This document shows, one piece after another, positions 11,974 through 25,355 of a stretch of DNA of 64,000 bases. The DNA lies in sequence record PQ338057.1. One strand, 5' to 3'. A program made the position numbers and the translations under genes. Within the stretch, counting starts at the first letter, position 1; the number at the start of each line of letters is the position of its first letter. Below the pieces are notes generated by a model, which saw nothing but the letters and a program-made list of their open reading frames with translations, made no database searches and was not told where the DNA came from. The DNA comes from a phage.

Positions 11974-12116
11974 TACCTCTCTGGCGGTAGAGCCCTGCCG
12001 CCAAAATTGCGCTAAATCAATCTCCCTTAAAGTTGCATGAAAAATCCCTTTTATCCCCGCGTTAAGCGTCTTAACCTTAAACATGTATATTAAATATAAC
12101 TTTAAAAGGTGTGATC

Positions 12117-13769
12117 ATGTTTTGTGTGCAATGTGAACAAACTATCCGTACTCCGGCAGGAAACGGCTGCTCATACGCGCAGGGGATGTGTGGTAAAACG
12201 GCGGAAACTTCTGACCTTCAGGATTTACTCATCGCGGCGCTGCAAGGGCTTTCTGCCTGGGCGGTAAAAGCGCGTGAATACGGCATCATCAACCACGATG
12301 TTGACAGCTTCGCGCCACGTGCCTTTTTCTCAACCCTGACCAACGTTAACTTCGATTCTCCGCGTATTGTCGGCTACGCTCGTGAAGCGATTGCCTTGCG
12401 CGAGGCGCTGAAAGCACAATGCCTGGCTGTAGATGCCAACGCGCGCGTCGATAACCCGATGGCTGACCTGCAACTGGTGAGCGATGATCTCGGCGAGCTG
12501 CAACGTCAGGCAGCAGAATTTACCCCTAACAAAGATAAAGCGGCGATTGGCGAAAACATTCTCGGCCTGCGTCTGCTGTGCCTGTATGGCCTGAAAGGTG
12601 CGGCGGCCTATATGGAACACGCGCATGTTCTCGGTCAATACGACAACGATATTTATGCCCAGTACCATAAAATCATGGCGTGGCTGGGGACCTGGCCTGC
12701 CGATATGAACGCGCTTCTTGAGTGTTCAATGGAAATCGGCCAGATGAACTTCAAAGTGATGAGCATTCTGGATGCAGGCGAAACCGGTAAATACGGTCAC
12801 CCGACGCCAACCCAGGTCAACGTCAAAGCGACGGCGGGTAAATGCATCCTGATTTCCGGTCACGATCTCAAAGATCTCTACAACCTGCTGGAACAGACCG
12901 AAGGCACGGGCGTTAATGTTTACACCCACGGCGAAATGCTGCCTGCGCATGGCTACCCGGAGCTGCGTAAATTCAAGCATCTGGTCGGTAACTACGGCAG
13001 CGGCTGGCAGAATCAGCAAGTGGAGTTCGCTCGTTTCCCTGGCCCCATCGTGATGACCTCGAACTGCATCATCGACCCAACCGTAGGCGCTTATGACGAT
13101 CGTATCTGGACCCGCAGCATTGTTGGCTGGCCTGGCGTGCGTCATCTGGACGGTGATGATTTCTCTGCGGTTATCACCCAGGCGCAACAGATGGCAGGCT
13201 TCCCGTACAGCGAAATTCCGCACCTTATCACCGTGGGTTTTGGTCGCCAGACGCTGCTTGGCGCTGCTGATACGCTGATTGATCTGGTGAGCCGTGAAAA
13301 ACTGCGTCATATCTTCCTGCTTGGTGGCTGTGACGGCGCACGCGGCGAGCGCCACTACTTCACCGATTTCGCCACCAGCGTGCCGGATGACTGCCTGATC
13401 CTGACCCTCGCCTGTGGTAAATATCGCTTTAACAAACTTGAGTTTGGCGATATCGAAGGTCTGCCGCGTCTGGTAGATGCAGGTCAATGTAACGATGCTT
13501 ACTCAGCGATTATTCTGGCTGTCACTCTGGCAGAGAAACTGGGCTGTGGTGTGAACGATCTGCCGCTGTCGCTGGTGCTCTCCTGGTTTGAACAGAAAGC
13601 GATCGTCATTCTGCTGACGCTGCTTTCTCTGGGCGTGAAAAATATCGTCACCGGCCCGACTGCACCTGGTTTCCTGACACCAGACCTGCTGGCGGTGCTG
13701 AACGAGAAATTCGGCCTGCGTTCTATCACCACTGTTGAAGAAGACATGAAGCAACTGTTGAGCGCGTAA
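12117..13769 (+). CDS. hcp: Hybrid-cluster protein (hydroxylamine reductase)
   Basis: 550 aa from MFCVQCEQT; N-terminal Cys cluster. Confidence 0.95.
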
Positions 13770-13780
13770 GGAGTTTGTCG

Positions 13781-14749
13781 ATGACGATGCCAACGAATCA
13801 ATGCCCGTGGCGGATGCAGGTTCATCACATTACGCAAGAAACGCCGGATGTGTGGACGATTTCCCTGATTTGCCACGATTACTACCCATATCGCGCCGGG
13901 CAATATGCACTGGTCAGCGTGCGTAACTCAGCGGAAACGCTGCGTGCTTACACCATTTCCTCCACGCCAGGAGTGAGTGAATACATCACCCTGACCGTGC
14001 GGCGGATTGATGACGGTGTCGGCTCCCAGTGGCTGACGCGCGATGTAAAACGCGGTGATTATCTCTGGCTTTCGGACGCGATGGGGGAATTTACCTGCGA
14101 CGATAAAGCAGAAGATAAATTCCTGTTGCTGGCGGCAGGCTGCGGCGTCACGCCGATTATGTCGATGCGTCGCTGGCTTGCGAAGAACCGTCCACAGGCC
14201 GATGTGCGGGTGATCTACAACGTGCGTACGCCGCAGGATGTTATTTTCGCCGATGAGTGGCGTAACTATCCGGTAACGCTGGTGGCAGAAAATAACGTTA
14301 CCGAAGGCTTTATCGCTGGTCGTCTCACTCGCGAACTGCTGGCAGGTGTACCTGACTTAGCTTCACGTACCGTGATGACCTGCGGCCCGGCTCCGTATAT
14401 GGATTGGGTAGAGCAGGAAGTGAAAGCGCTCGGCGTGACGCGTTTCTTTAAAGAGAAATTCTTCACCCCAGTAGCAGAAGCGGCGACCAGCGGTCTGAAA
14501 TTCACCAAACTGCAACCGGCACGAGAATTTTACGCCCCGGTTGGCACCACGCTACTGGAGGCGCTGGAAAGCAATAACGTTCCGGTTGTCGCTGCCTGCC
14601 GTGCGGGTGTTTGCGGCTGCTGTAAGACAAAAGTGGTTTCCGGTGAATATACGGTGAGCAGCACAATGACGCTGACCGACGCCGAAATCGCTGAAGGTTA
14701 CGTACTGGCCTGCTCCTGCCATCCGCAGGGGGATTTGGTTCTCGCATAA
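13781..14749 (+). CDS. hcr: NADH oxidoreductase for Hcp
   Basis: 322 aa; C-terminal 2Fe-2S ferredoxin Cys motif CRAGVCGCCK; immediately downstream of hcp. Confidence 0.94.
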   Translation: MTMPTNQCPWRMQVHHITQETPDVWTISLICHDYYPYRAGQYALVSVRNSAETLRAYTISSTPGVSEYITLTVRRIDDGVGSQWLTRDVKRGDYLWLSDAMGEFTCDDKAEDKFLLLAAGCGVTPIMSMRRWLAKNRPQADVRVIYNVRTPQDVIFADEWRNYPVTLVAENNVTEGFIAGRLTRELLAGVPDLASRTVMTCGPAPYMDWVEQEVKALGVTRFFKEKFFTPVAEAATSGLKFTKLQPAREFYAPVGTTLLEALESNNVPVVAACRAGVCGCCKTKVVSGEYTVSSTMTLTDAEIAEGYVLACSCHPQGDLVLA

Positions 14750-14881
14750 TCGCCTTATGCCCGATGATATTCCTTTCATCGGGCTATTTAACCGTTAGTG
14801 CCTCCTTTCTCTCCCATCCCTTCCCCCTCCGTCAGATGAACTAAACTTGTTACCGTTATCACATTCAGGAGATGGAGAACC

Positions 14882-16600
14882 ATGAAACAAACGGTTGCAG
14901 CTTATATCGCCAAAACACTCGAATCGGCAGGGGTGAAACGCATCTGGGGAGTCACAGGCGACTCTCTGAACGGTCTTAGTGACAGTCTTAATCGCATGGG
15001 CACCATCGAGTGGATGTCCACCCGCCACGAAGAAGTGGCGGCCTTTGCCGCTGGCGCTGAAGCACAACTTAGCGGAGAACTGGCGGTCTGTGCCGGATCG
15101 TGCGGCCCCGGCAACCTGCACTTAATCAACGGCCTGTTCGATTGCCACCGCAATCACGTTCCGGTACTGGCGATTGCCGCTCATATTCCCTCCAGCGAAA
15201 TTGGCAGCGGCTATTTCCAGGAAACCCACCCACAAGAGCTATTCCGCGAATGTAGTCACTATTGCGAGCTGGTTTCCAGCCCGGAGCAGATCCCACAAGT
15301 ACTGGCGATTGCCATGCGCAAAGCGGTGCTTAACCGTGGCGTTTCGATTGTCGTGTTACCAGGCGACGTGGCGTTAAAACCTGCGCCAGAAGGGGCAACC
15401 ATGCACTGGTATCATGCGCCACAACCAGTCGTGACGCCGGAAGAAGAAGAGTTACGCAAACTGGCGCAACTGCTGCGTTATTCCAGCAATATCGCCCTGA
15501 TGTGTGGCAGCGGCTGCGCGGGGGCGCATAAAGAGTTAGTTGAGTTTGCCGGGAAAATTAAAGCGCCTATTGTTCATGCCCTGCGCGGTAAAGAACATGT
15601 CGAATACGATAATCCGTATGATGTTGGAATGACCGGGTTAATCGGCTTCTCGTCAGGTTTCCATACCATGATGAACGCCGACACGTTAGTGCTACTCGGC
15701 ACGCAATTTCCCTACCGCGCCTTCTACCCGACCGATGCCAAAATCATTCAGATTGATATCAACCCAGCCAGCATCGGCGCTCACAGCAAGGTGGATATGG
15801 CACTGGTCGGCGATATCAAGTCGACTCTGCGTGCATTGCTTCCATTGGTGGAAGAAAAAGCCGATCGCAAGTTTCTGGATAAAGCGCTGGAAGATTACCG
15901 CGACGCCCGCAAAGGGCTGGACGATTTAGCTAAACCGAGCGAGAAAGCCATTCACCCGCAATATCTGGCGCAGCAAATTAGTCATTTTGCCGCCGATGAC
16001 GCTATTTTCACCTGTGACGTTGGTACGCCAACGGTGTGGGCGGCACGTTATCTAAAAATGAACGGCAAGCGTCGCCTGTTAGGTTCGTTTAACCACGGTT
16101 CGATGGCTAACGCCATGCCGCAGGCGCTGGGTGCGCAGGCGACAGAGCCAGAACGTCAGGTGGTCGCCATGTGCGGCGATGGCGGTTTTAGCATGTTGAT
16201 GGGCGATTTCCTCTCAGTAGTGCAGATGAAACTGCCAGTGAAAATTGTCGTCTTTAACAACAGCGTGCTGGGCTTTGTGGCGATGGAGATGAAAGCTGGT
16301 GGCTATTTGACTGACGGCACCGAACTACACGACACAAACTTTGCCCGCATTGCCGAAGCGTGCGGCATTACGGGTATCCGTGTAGAAAAAGCGTCTGAAG
16401 TTGATGAAGCCCTGCAACGCGCCTTCTCCATCGACGGTCCGGTGCTGGTGGATGTGGTGGTCGCCAAAGAAGAGTTAGCCATTCCACCGCAGATCAAACT
16501 CGAACAGGCCAAAGGATTTAGCTTGTATATGTTGCGCGCAATCATCAGCGGACGCGGCGATGAAGTGATCGAACTGGCGAAAACGAACTGGCTAAGGTAA
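14882..16600 (+). CDS. poxB: Pyruvate oxidase (ubiquinone-dependent)
   Basis: 572 aa; thiamine-diphosphate enzyme motif [11 protein letters not shown]. Confidence 0.95.
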   Translation: MKQTVAAYIAKTLESAGVKRIWGVTGDSLNGLSDSLNRMGTIEWMSTRHEEVAAFAAGAEAQLSGELAVCAGSCGPGNLHLINGLFDCHRNHVPVLAIAAHIPSSEIGSGYFQETHPQELFRECSHYCELVSSPEQIPQVLAIAMRKAVLNRGVSIVVLPGDVALKPAPEGATMHWYHAPQPVVTPEEEELRKLAQLLRYSSNIALMCGSGCAGAHKELVEFAGKIKAPIVHALRGKEHVEYDNPYDVGMTGLIGFSSGFHTMMNADTLVLLGTQFPYRAFYPTDAKIIQIDINPASIGAHSKVDMALVGDIKSTLRALLPLVEEKADRKFLDKALEDYRDARKGLDDLAKPSEKAIHPQYLAQQISHFAADDAIFTCDVGTPTVWAARYLKMNGKRRLLGSFNHGSMANAMPQALGAQATEPERQVVAMCGDGGFSMLMGDFLSVVQMKLPVKIVVFNNSVLGFVAMEMKAGGYLTDGTELHDTNFARIAEACGITGIRVEKASEVDEALQRAFSIDGPVLVDVVVAKEELAIPPQIKLEQAKGFSLYMLRAIISGRGDEVIELAKTNWLR

Positions 16601-16636
16601 AAAGGGTGGCATTTCCCGTCATAATAAGGACATGCC

Positions 16637-17638
16637 ATGATTGATTTACGCAGTGATACCGTTACCCGACCGAGCCGCGCCATGCTCGAAGCAATGATGG
16701 CCGCCCCGGTTGGGGACGACGTTTACGGAGACGACCCTACCGTTAATGCTCTGCAGGACTACGCCGCAGAGCTTTCCGGTAAAGAAGCCGCCATTTTTCT
16801 GCCGACCGGCACTCAGGCCAACCTGGTCGCTCTGCTCAGTCACTGCGAACGTGGCGAAGAGTATATTGTCGGTCAGGCCGCGCATAACTATCTGTTTGAA
16901 GCCGGTGGCGCAGCGGTGCTGGGCAGTATTCAGCCGCAACCCATCGACGCGGCTGCCGACGGCACGCTACCGCTGGATAAAGTGGCGATGAAAATCAAAC
17001 CCGACGATATCCATTTCGCCCGCACCAAATTACTCAGTCTGGAAAACACCCACAACGGCAAAATGCTGCCGCGTGAATACCTGAAAGAAGCATGGGAATT
17101 TACCCGCGAGCGCAATCTGGCGCTGCATGTTGACGGTGCGCGCATCTTTAATGCCGTGGTGGCTTACGGCTGCGAACTGAAAGAGATCACGCAATATTGT
17201 GATTCGTTCACCATTTGCCTGTCGAAAGGTCTTGGGACGCCAGTCGGTTCATTACTCGTCGGTAATCGTGATTACATTAAACGTGCCATCCGCTGGCGGA
17301 AAATGGCCGGTGGCGGGATGCGTCAGTCCGGGATTCTGGCTGCCGCCGGGATGTATGCCCTGAAAAATAACGTCGCACGGTTGCAGGAAGATCACGACAA
17401 CGCCGCCTGGATGGCGGAGCAACTGCGTGAAGCAGGCGCGGATGTGATGCGTCAGGACACTAATATGCTGTTTGTTCGCGTCGGGGAAGAAAATGCTGCC
17501 GCGTTAGGCGAATACATGAAAGCGAGAAACGTGCTGATTAACGCCTCGCCGATTGTCCGCCTGGTGACGCATCTTGACGTCTCGCGCGAACAACTGGCGG
17601 AAGTCGCCGCCCACTGGCGCGCATTCCTGGCGCGTTAA
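16637..17638 (+). CDS. ltaE: Low-specificity L-threonine aldolase
   Basis: 333 aa from [13 protein letters not shown]. Confidence 0.95.
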   Translation: MIDLRSDTVTRPSRAMLEAMMAAPVGDDVYGDDPTVNALQDYAAELSGKEAAIFLPTGTQANLVALLSHCERGEEYIVGQAAHNYLFEAGGAAVLGSIQPQPIDAAADGTLPLDKVAMKIKPDDIHFARTKLLSLENTHNGKMLPREYLKEAWEFTRERNLALHVDGARIFNAVVAYGCELKEITQYCDSFTICLSKGLGTPVGSLLVGNRDYIKRAIRWRKMAGGGMRQSGILAAAGMYALKNNVARLQEDHDNAAWMAEQLREAGADVMRQDTNMLFVRVGEENAAALGEYMKARNVLINASPIVRLVTHLDVSREQLAEVAAHWRAFLAR

Positions 17639-17648
17639 GGAGAGAGAC

Positions 17649-19079
17649 GTGCCGCAACGCATTTTAGTTCTCGGTGCCAGTGGCTACATTGGTCAGCATC
17701 TGGTGCGCACACTCAGCCGGCAAGGGCATCAGATCCTGGCGGCGGCACGTCATGTCGACAGGCTTGCAAAGCTGCAACTGGCAAACGTCAGTTGCCATAA
17801 AGTCGATCTCAGCTGGCCGGATAACCTTCCGGCCCTGTTGCAGGATATCGATACCGTCTATTTTCTGGTGCACAGCATGGGCGAAGGCGGCGATTTTATC
17901 GCTCAGGAGCGCCAGGTGGCTCTCAACGTCCGCGATGCGCTACGTGAAGTACCAGTTAAGCAATTAATCTTTCTCAGTTCGTTGCAGGCCCCGCCACATG
18001 AGCAGTCGGATCATCTGCGTGCTCGTCAGGCTACGGCGGACATTCTTCGTGAAGCGAATGTACCTGTGACCGAACTTCGGGCCGGAATTATCGTTGGCGC
18101 AGGTTCAGCGGCGTTCGAAGTCATGCGCGATATGGTCTACAACCTGCCAGTGTTAACGCCGCCACGCTGGGTACGTTCACGCACCACGCCCATCGCGCTG
18201 GAAAACTTGCTGCACTATCTGGTGGCGTTGTTAGATCATCCGGCCAGCGAACACCGCATCTTCGAAGCCGCCGGACCAGAGGTGCTCAGTTATCAGCAAC
18301 AGTTTGAACATTTTATGGCGGTGAGCGGTAAGCGCCGCTGGTTGATCCCCATCCCCCTCCCCACCCGCTGGATTTCGGTGTGGTTTCTCAATGTGATTAC
18401 TTCCGTACCGCCCACCACCGCCAGGGCGTTGATTCAGGGGCTGAAACACGATCTGCTGGCGGATGATACCGCGCTACGTGCACTCATCCCACAACGGCTG
18501 ATCGCTTTCGATGACGCGGTACGTAGCACGTTGAAAGAGGAGGAAAAACTGGTCAACTCCAGCGACTGGGGCTACGACGCTCAGGCCTTTGCCCGCTGGC
18601 GACCGGAGTACGGTTATTTTGCCAAACAGGCGGGGTTTACCGTTAAAACGTCCGCCAGCCTTGCTGCTTTATGGCAGGTAGTGAACCAAATCGGCGGTAA
18701 AGAGCGTTATTTCTTTGGCAATATTTTGTGGCAGACACGGGCGTTGATGGACCGCGCGATCGGTCATAAGCTGGCGAAAGGCCGCCCGGAGCGCGAATAT
18801 TTACAGACTGGCGATGCGGTGGATAGCTGGAAAGTGATTGTCGTTGAACCGGAAAAACAACTTACGTTGTTATTTGGCATGAAAGCGCCGGGGCTGGGAC
18901 GACTGTGTTTTAGCCTGGAAGATAAAGGCGACTATCGTACTATCGATGTCCGCGCTTTCTGGCATCCGCACGGTATGCCGGGGCTGTTTTACTGGTTATT
19001 GATGATCCCCGCGCATCTGTTTATTTTTCGCGGAATGGCAAAACAAATCGCCAGACTGGCAGAACAAAGCACAGATTAA
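17649..19079 (+). CDS. ybjT: NAD(P)-binding Rossmann-fold protein YbjT
   Basis: GTG start gives 476 aa from [16 protein letters not shown]; ORF-track ATG start lies inside ltaE. Confidence 0.82.
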   Translation: MPQRILVLGASGYIGQHLVRTLSRQGHQILAAARHVDRLAKLQLANVSCHKVDLSWPDNLPALLQDIDTVYFLVHSMGEGGDFIAQERQVALNVRDALREVPVKQLIFLSSLQAPPHEQSDHLRARQATADILREANVPVTELRAGIIVGAGSAAFEVMRDMVYNLPVLTPPRWVRSRTTPIALENLLHYLVALLDHPASEHRIFEAAGPEVLSYQQQFEHFMAVSGKRRWLIPIPLPTRWISVWFLNVITSVPPTTARALIQGLKHDLLADDTALRALIPQRLIAFDDAVRSTLKEEEKLVNSSDWGYDAQAFARWRPEYGYFAKQAGFTVKTSASLAALWQVVNQIGGKERYFFGNILWQTRALMDRAIGHKLAKGRPEREYLQTGDAVDSWKVIVVEPEKQLTLLFGMKAPGLGRLCFSLEDKGDYRTIDVRAFWHPHGMPGLFYWLLMIPAHLFIFRGMAKQIARLAEQSTD

Positions 19080-19177
19080 TCGACAAAACCTGCGTTATTC
19101 TTTCATGTTTCCCATTGCATCATGGGGGAAATCACGGAAGAATGCGCACGTTATTTTCTCAACAACAGTGGATTGAT

Positions 19178-20191
19178 ATGAAGGTACTGGTTACCGGCGC
19201 CACCAGCGGCTTAGGTCGAAACGCGGTAGAGTTTTTATGCCAGAAAGGCATCAGCGTGCGAGCGACCGGTCGCAACGAGGCAATGGGCAAATTGCTGGAA
19301 AAAATGGGCGCAGAGTTTGTTCCGGCGGATCTGACCGAGCTGGTTTCATCACAAGCTAAAGTGATGCTCGCGGGCATTGATACGCTGTGGCACTGCTCCA
19401 GCTTTACCTCACCCTGGGGGACACAACAGGCTTTCGATCTGGCTAACGTTCGCGCCACTCGCCGCCTGGGTGAATGGGCTGTCGCCTGGGGTGTGCGTAA
19501 CTTTATTCATATCTCTTCCCCCTCCCTGTACTTCGATTATCACCACCATCGCGATATTAAAGAAGATTTTCGCCCTCACCGCTTCGCCAACGAGTTTGCC
19601 CGCAGCAAAGCAGCCAGCGAAGAAGTGATCAATATGCTTTCGCAGGCGAATCCACAAACGCGCTTTACTATTCTGCGCCCACAAAGTCTGTTCGGACCGC
19701 ACGATAAAGTCTTTATTCCCCGTCTGGCGCATATGATGCACCACTACGGCAGTATTCTGTTACCGCATGGCGGCAGTGCGCTGGTCGATATGACCTACTA
19801 TGAAAATGCCGTGCACGCAATGTGGCTGGCAAGCCAGGAAGCCTGCGATAAGCTACCTTCCGGGCGTGTGTACAACATCACCAACGGCGAGCATCGCACA
19901 CTGCGCAGCATCGTGCAGAAGCTGATCGACGAGTTGAATATTGACTGTCGTATTCGTTCCGTCCCCTACCCGATGCTGGATATGATCGCCCGCAGCATGG
20001 AGCGTTTAGGCCGCAAGTCAGCAAAAGAGCCGCCGCTGACCCACTACGGCGTCTCCAAGTTGAATTTTGACTTTACGCTGGATATTACGCGTGCGCAGGA
20101 AGAGTTAGGTTATCAGCCGGTCATCACCCTGGATGAAGGTATCGAGAAAACTGCCGCCTGGCTACGCGACCACGGAAAACTGCCGCGCTAA
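19178..20191 (+). CDS. ybjS: NAD-dependent epimerase/dehydratase-family protein YbjS
   Basis: 337 aa from [13 protein letters not shown]. Confidence 0.85.
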   Translation: MKVLVTGATSGLGRNAVEFLCQKGISVRATGRNEAMGKLLEKMGAEFVPADLTELVSSQAKVMLAGIDTLWHCSSFTSPWGTQQAFDLANVRATRRLGEWAVAWGVRNFIHISSPSLYFDYHHHRDIKEDFRPHRFANEFARSKAASEEVINMLSQANPQTRFTILRPQSLFGPHDKVFIPRLAHMMHHYGSILLPHGGSALVDMTYYENAVHAMWLASQEACDKLPSGRVYNITNGEHRTLRSIVQKLIDELNIDCRIRSVPYPMLDMIARSMERLGRKSAKEPPLTHYGVSKLNFDFTLDITRAQEELGYQPVITLDEGIEKTAAWLRDHGKLPR

Positions 20192-21018
20192 TCCTGCCCG
20201 TATTTCTCCAGCAATGCTTCGGCAATCGCCTGAGTTTCTGCATCCGCTTCGCCGTTATATAACGTCGGGCGGAAATGCATCTGGAATGCCATAATCACGC
20301 GCCGCTGCTCGCGCGGTATCATATCAGGTTTAACGTCATAACCGTAGCGCGCCAAAAGCTCCAGCAATGACGTAGTATCTACAGGAGTGTGCGGCGCGCG
20401 CCCGGCAAGGTAAAAGTTAACCCGCTGCGCATCCGGCCAGGCACCAATCCCCTGCTGCGCCAGTTGCTGCCAGGGAAATAATGGCCCCGGATCGTCTTTG
20501 CGCTGCGGTGCGATATCCGCATGTGCCACTACGTTTTCCGGCTTGATGTGATAACGGGCAATAATATCTTTCGCCAGTGGAATAAGCGCCTGAATCTGTG
20601 CCGGTTCAAACGGGGCAAAATATTTCACTCCGGCCGATTTTTGCCAGCCACGGTTTTCCAGCTCAATGCCAATAGAGGTGTCGTTAAGGCGCGTTGCCCC
20701 GCGCCAGGCGCTAATCCCCGCATGCCAGGCCAGTTCTTGTTCCGGCACCAGTTGCCAGATGCGCGGTTTACCGTTGTATCGCGGTGGTACCGCAGGGACC
20801 AGATAATGCGAGCTGACCTGCTTATCGGTCAGTGTCGCCAGCGAGCTATCAAAATCATCTGCGGTGTAGTGGATCACCAGCACTTTAATGCGCGGATACG
20901 CCGCCTGCGCCTGGCGTCGGGTATCAAGCTGATATCCCTCTTTCTCGACAATGCCTTTTTCGCCTGCACACCCTGCCAATAACAGAGCGGCAGCGACCAG
21001 CCAGAAGACTCTTCTCAT
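20188..21018 (-). CDS. amiD: N-acetylmuramoyl-L-alanine amidase lipoprotein AmiD
   Basis: 276 aa; lipobox LLLAGCAG. Confidence 0.9.
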
Positions 21019-21338
21019 CGACGCGTTTTCACCGCCGTACCGCTGACGCTAACCATCAGCATACTGCCGTTTTGCCCGACCGTTTCGTAGTCGATATCAA
21101 TACCGACGACGGCATCGGCCCCCAGCGCCCGCGCCTGGGAGCCTAATTCCTCAAAGGCGATCTCCCGTGCTTTACGCAGTTCTTTTTCATACGCACCGGA
21201 ACGTCCGCCAACGATATCGCGGATACCGGCAAAGAAATCACGGAAAATATTGGCACCTAAAATCGCTTCGCCGGTCACCACACCGCAATATTCAACGATG
21301 GTCTGGCCTTCCAGAGTTGGGGTTGTAGAAAATTGCAT
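21015..21338 (-). CDS. ybjQ: YbjQ (UPF0145) protein
   Basis: 107 aa; overlaps amiD start by 4 bp. Confidence 0.88.
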
Positions 21339-21463
21339 GATCGATCTCCTTGTTTGCTAAGCCTTCGATCTCAAAAGCATTATCAGACTGATACGCTATT
21401 ATTGAAAGGATATCATTATTATCGTAGAACGCTTTCAGAGCGATCGCTTATAAGGAAATCATT

Positions 21464-21979
21464 ATGCGCTACAGCAAATTGACAATGCTTATCCCCTGCG
21501 CACTGCTCCTCAGTGCCTGCACCACAGTCACTCCAGCTTATAAAGATAACGGCACACGCAGTGGTCCTTGCGTTGAAGGAGGCCCGGATAACGTGGCCCA
21601 GCAATTTTATGACTACCGCATTTTGCACCGCAGCAACGACATCACCGCCTTGCGCCCTTATCTGAGCGACAAACTGGCGACACTGCTTAGCGATGCCTCC
21701 CGGGATAATAACCATCGGGAACTACTGACCAACGATCCATTCTCCAGTCGAACCACCTTGCCAGATAGCGCCCACGTTGCCAGTGCATCGACTATCCCTA
21801 ATCGTGATGCCCGTAACATTCCATTGCGCGTGGATCTCAAACAGGGTGACCAGGGTTGGCAGGATGAAGTGTTAATGATTCAGGAAGGCCAGTGTTGGGT
21901 CATCGACGATGTGCGTTACTTAGGCGGTAGCGTTCATGCCACGGCGGGTACGCTCCGTCAGTCCATCGAGAATCGCTAA
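21464..21979 (+). CDS. ybjP: Lipoprotein YbjP
   Basis: 171 aa; lipobox LLLSAC. Confidence 0.85.
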   Translation: MRYSKLTMLIPCALLLSACTTVTPAYKDNGTRSGPCVEGGPDNVAQQFYDYRILHRSNDITALRPYLSDKLATLLSDASRDNNHRELLTNDPFSSRTTLPDSAHVASASTIPNRDARNIPLRVDLKQGDQGWQDEVLMIQEGQCWVIDDVRYLGGSVHATAGTLRQSIENR

Positions 21980-22196
21980 CGCCTTGATCAACCAATAAAC
22001 CCCGTAAATTGTCCGGCATTTCGTGAGGAATGCCGACATTTATGCTCGCCGACCACCGCCCCCGTTATTTTGTGCTATGTTTATTGAATAATGCGCTTTG
22101 CTTTTAACTTTTAAAGCAGAAATATTGCATAATTATTCTGTCAAAGGTACTATCTTCGACCTCAATAGCTATCAGACTGCCAGTATACGAGTGTCA

Positions 22197-22925
22197 ATGA
22201 GTATTCAATTAAACGGCATTAATTGCTTCTACGGCGCGCATCAGGCGCTGTTCGATATCACGCTGGATTGCCCACAGGGCGAAACGCTGGTGTTACTTGG
22301 CCCCAGCGGCGCGGGTAAAAGCTCGCTGCTGCGTGTACTCAATCTGCTTGAGATGCCGCGCTCCGGTACGCTCAACATTGCAGGCAACCATTTCGATTTC
22401 ACCAAAACACCCTCTGACAAAGCGATTCGCGATTTGCGTCGTAACGTTGGCATGGTGTTTCAGCAATACAACCTGTGGCCGCATCTGACCGTGCAGCAAA
22501 ACCTGATTGAAGCGCCCTGCCGTGTACTGGGGTTGAGTAAAGATCAGGCGCTGGCCCGTGCAGAAAAACTGCTGGAACGTCTGCGTCTCAAACCTTATAG
22601 CGATCGTTACCCGCTGCATCTTTCTGGTGGTCAGCAGCAGCGTGTTGCTATTGCCCGTGCGTTGATGATGGAACCGCAGGTACTGCTGTTCGATGAACCG
22701 ACCGCCGCACTGGACCCGGAAATTACGGCACAAATCGTCAGCATCATTCGTGAGCTGGCAGAAACGAATATTACCCAGGTGATCGTCACCCACGAAGTTG
22801 AAGTGGCGCGTAAAACCGCCAGCCGAGTGGTGTATATGGAAAATGGTCATATCGTAGAACAAGGCGACGCGAGCTGCTTTACCGAGCCGCAAACCGAAGC
22901 ATTTAAAAACTATCTCTCTCACTAA
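22197..22925 (+). CDS. artP: Arginine ABC transporter ATP-binding protein ArtP
   Basis: 242 aa from [13 protein letters not shown]; Walker [10 protein letters not shown], signature LSGGQQQR. Confidence 0.95.
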
Positions 22926-22942
22926 GATTCGGGATAACAACA

Positions 22943-23674
22943 ATGAAAAAAGTTCTGATTGCCGCGTTAATTGCAGGTTTTAGTCTTTCCGCCACAGCTG
23001 CCGAAACCATTCGTTTTGCTACCGAAGCCTCCTATCCTCCGTTTGAATCGATTGATGCAAACAACCAGATCGTTGGTTTTGACGTCGACCTGGCACAAGC
23101 GCTGTGTAAAGAGATTGATGCAACCTGCACTTTCTCTAACCAGGCGTTTGACAGCCTGATCCCAAGCCTGAAATTCCGTCGCGTAGAAGCCGTGATGGCG
23201 GGCATGGATATCACTCCGGAGCGTGAAAAGCAGGTGCTGTTTACCACCCCGTACTATGACAACTCTGCCCTGTTTGTGGGTCAGCAAGGCAAATACACCA
23301 GTGTTGATCAGCTGAAAGGCAAAAAAGTCGGCGTACAGAACGGGACGACACACCAGAAATTCATTATGGATAAGCACCCGGAAATCACTACCGTTCCGTA
23401 TGACAGCTACCAGAACGCAAAACTGGATCTGCAAAACGGGCGTATCGACGGCGTCTTCGGTGACACCGCAGTGGTCACTGAGTGGCTGAAAGATAACCCG
23501 AAACTGGCGGCGGTGGGCGACAAAGTGACCGATAAAGATTACTTCGGCACTGGCCTCGGCATCGCGGTACGTCAGGGCAACACTGAGCTGCAGCAGAAAC
23601 TCAACACTGCGCTGGAAAAAGTGAAGAAAGATGGCACTTACGAAACCATCTACAACAAATGGTTCCAGAAGTAA
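22943..23674 (+). CDS. artI: Arginine-binding periplasmic protein ArtI
   Basis: 243 aa with signal peptide; paralogous to the artJ product. Confidence 0.95.
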   Translation: MKKVLIAALIAGFSLSATAAETIRFATEASYPPFESIDANNQIVGFDVDLAQALCKEIDATCTFSNQAFDSLIPSLKFRRVEAVMAGMDITPEREKQVLFTTPYYDNSALFVGQQGKYTSVDQLKGKKVGVQNGTTHQKFIMDKHPEITTVPYDSYQNAKLDLQNGRIDGVFGDTAVVTEWLKDNPKLAAVGDKVTDKDYFGTGLGIAVRQGNTELQQKLNTALEKVKKDGTYETIYNKWFQK

Positions 23675-23680
23675 TTCCTG

Positions 23681-24397
23681 ATGAATGAATTTTTTCCTTT
23701 AGCAAGCGCCGCCGGGATGACCGTCGGCCTTGCCGTTTGTGCATTGATTGTCGGGCTGGCGCTGGCGATGTTCTTTGCGGTATGGGAGTCGGCAAAATGG
23801 CGTCCTGTCGCGTGGGCAGGTTCAGCGCTGGTAACCATTCTGCGTGGCCTGCCAGAAATTCTGGTGGTGCTGTTTATCTATTTTGGCTCCTCGCAGCTGC
23901 TGCTGACGCTTTCGGATGGCTTCACTATCAATCTTGGGTTCGTGCAGATCCCAGTGCAGATGGACATTGAGAACTTCGACGTTAGCCCGTTCCTTTGTGG
24001 TGTCATCGCTCTGTCACTGCTGTATGCCGCCTATGCCTCGCAAACGCTTCGGGGCGCGTTGAAAGCGGTGCCGGTGGGTCAGTGGGAGTCTGGTCAGGCG
24101 CTGGGGCTGTCGAAATCGGCTATCTTTTTCCGTCTGGTGATGCCGCAGATGTGGCGTCATGCGCTGCCTGGCCTCGGTAACCAGTGGCTGGTGCTGCTGA
24201 AAGATACCGCGCTGGTCAGTTTGATTAGTGTGAATGATTTAATGCTGCAAACAAAAAGCATCGCTACTCGTACCCAGGAACCATTTACCTGGTACATTGT
24301 GGCGGCGGCGATTTACCTGGTGATCACCCTGCTCAGTCAGTACATTCTCAAACGCATTGACCTGCGCGCGACACGTTTTGAGCGGAGGCCCAGCTAA
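23681..24397 (+). CDS. artQ: Arginine ABC transporter permease ArtQ
   Basis: 238-aa polytopic permease. Confidence 0.95.
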
Positions 24398-25065
24398 TGT
24401 TTGAGTATTTACCCGAACTGATGAAAGGGCTACACACCAGCCTGACGCTAACCGTTGCCTCGCTGATTGTGGCACTGATTCTGGCATTGATTTTTACCAT
24501 CATCCTGACGCTGAAAACGCCGGTGCTGGTGTGGCTGGTGCGGGGTTATATCACGCTGTTTACCGGTACGCCGCTGCTGGTGCAGATCTTCCTGATTTAT
24601 TACGGGCCGGGCCAGTTTCCGACTTTGCAGGAGTATCCGGCACTGTGGCATTTGTTGTCAGAACCGTGGTTATGTGCGCTGATTGCGTTGTCGCTGAATA
24701 GTGCGGCGTATACCACGCAGCTGTTTTACGGTGCAATTCGTGCGATCCCGGAAGGTCAGTGGCAGTCCTGTAGCGCCCTGGGAATGAGCAAAAAAGATAC
24801 GCTGGCGATCCTGCTGCCGTATGCCTTTAAACGCTCGCTCTCTTCTTATTCCAACGAAGTGGTGCTGGTATTCAAAAGTACCTCTCTGGCATACACCATT
24901 ACGCTGATGGAAGTGATGGGATACAGCCAGTTGTTGTACGGACGCACCTACGATGTAATGGTGTTCGGTGCGGCAGGGATTATTTACCTGGTCGTTAACG
25001 GCCTGCTGACGCTGATGATGCGTCTGATCGAGCGCAAAGCGCTGGCATTCGAACGGCGAAATTAA
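24397..25065 (+). CDS. artM: Arginine ABC transporter permease ArtM
   Basis: 222-aa permease; start overlaps artQ stop. Confidence 0.95.
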   Translation: MFEYLPELMKGLHTSLTLTVASLIVALILALIFTIILTLKTPVLVWLVRGYITLFTGTPLLVQIFLIYYGPGQFPTLQEYPALWHLLSEPWLCALIALSLNSAAYTTQLFYGAIRAIPEGQWQSCSALGMSKKDTLAILLPYAFKRSLSSYSNEVVLVFKSTSLAYTITLMEVMGYSQLLYGRTYDVMVFGAAGIIYLVVNGLLTLMMRLIERKALAFERRN

Positions 25066-25084
25066 TGTGGCTGCGTACATTCGC

Positions 25085-25195
25085 CGGGGGGTTTTGTAGG
25101 TCTGATAAGACGCGCCAGCGTCGCATCAGACATCAGCACGGTGCCTGTGCCGGATGCGGCGGGGACGCCTTATCCGGCCTACATAGTGCATAAAT
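25085..25195. repeat. REP/BIME palindromic units
   Basis: gccggatgcggcg ... cgccttatccggcctaca REP-type palindromes. Confidence 0.6.
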
Positions 25196-25355
25196 TCTTA
25201 TAATGAAGACGGACAACCCACTAAGTTGTCCGTCTTTTTTATTTCATTTAAATTATTTAATCATGTTTATTGCATATAAATTCACTTGATGGCATTGTTA
25301 TCCCATGCCGCAGACACGGCCAAAAATCATAAGATTGACAGACGGGAGTTCCATC

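Noticed and set aside
12330-13487. Minus-strand ORFs of 112 and 253 aa inside hcp
   Set aside because: Antisense to a clearly identified conserved gene; typical GC-rich shadow frames.
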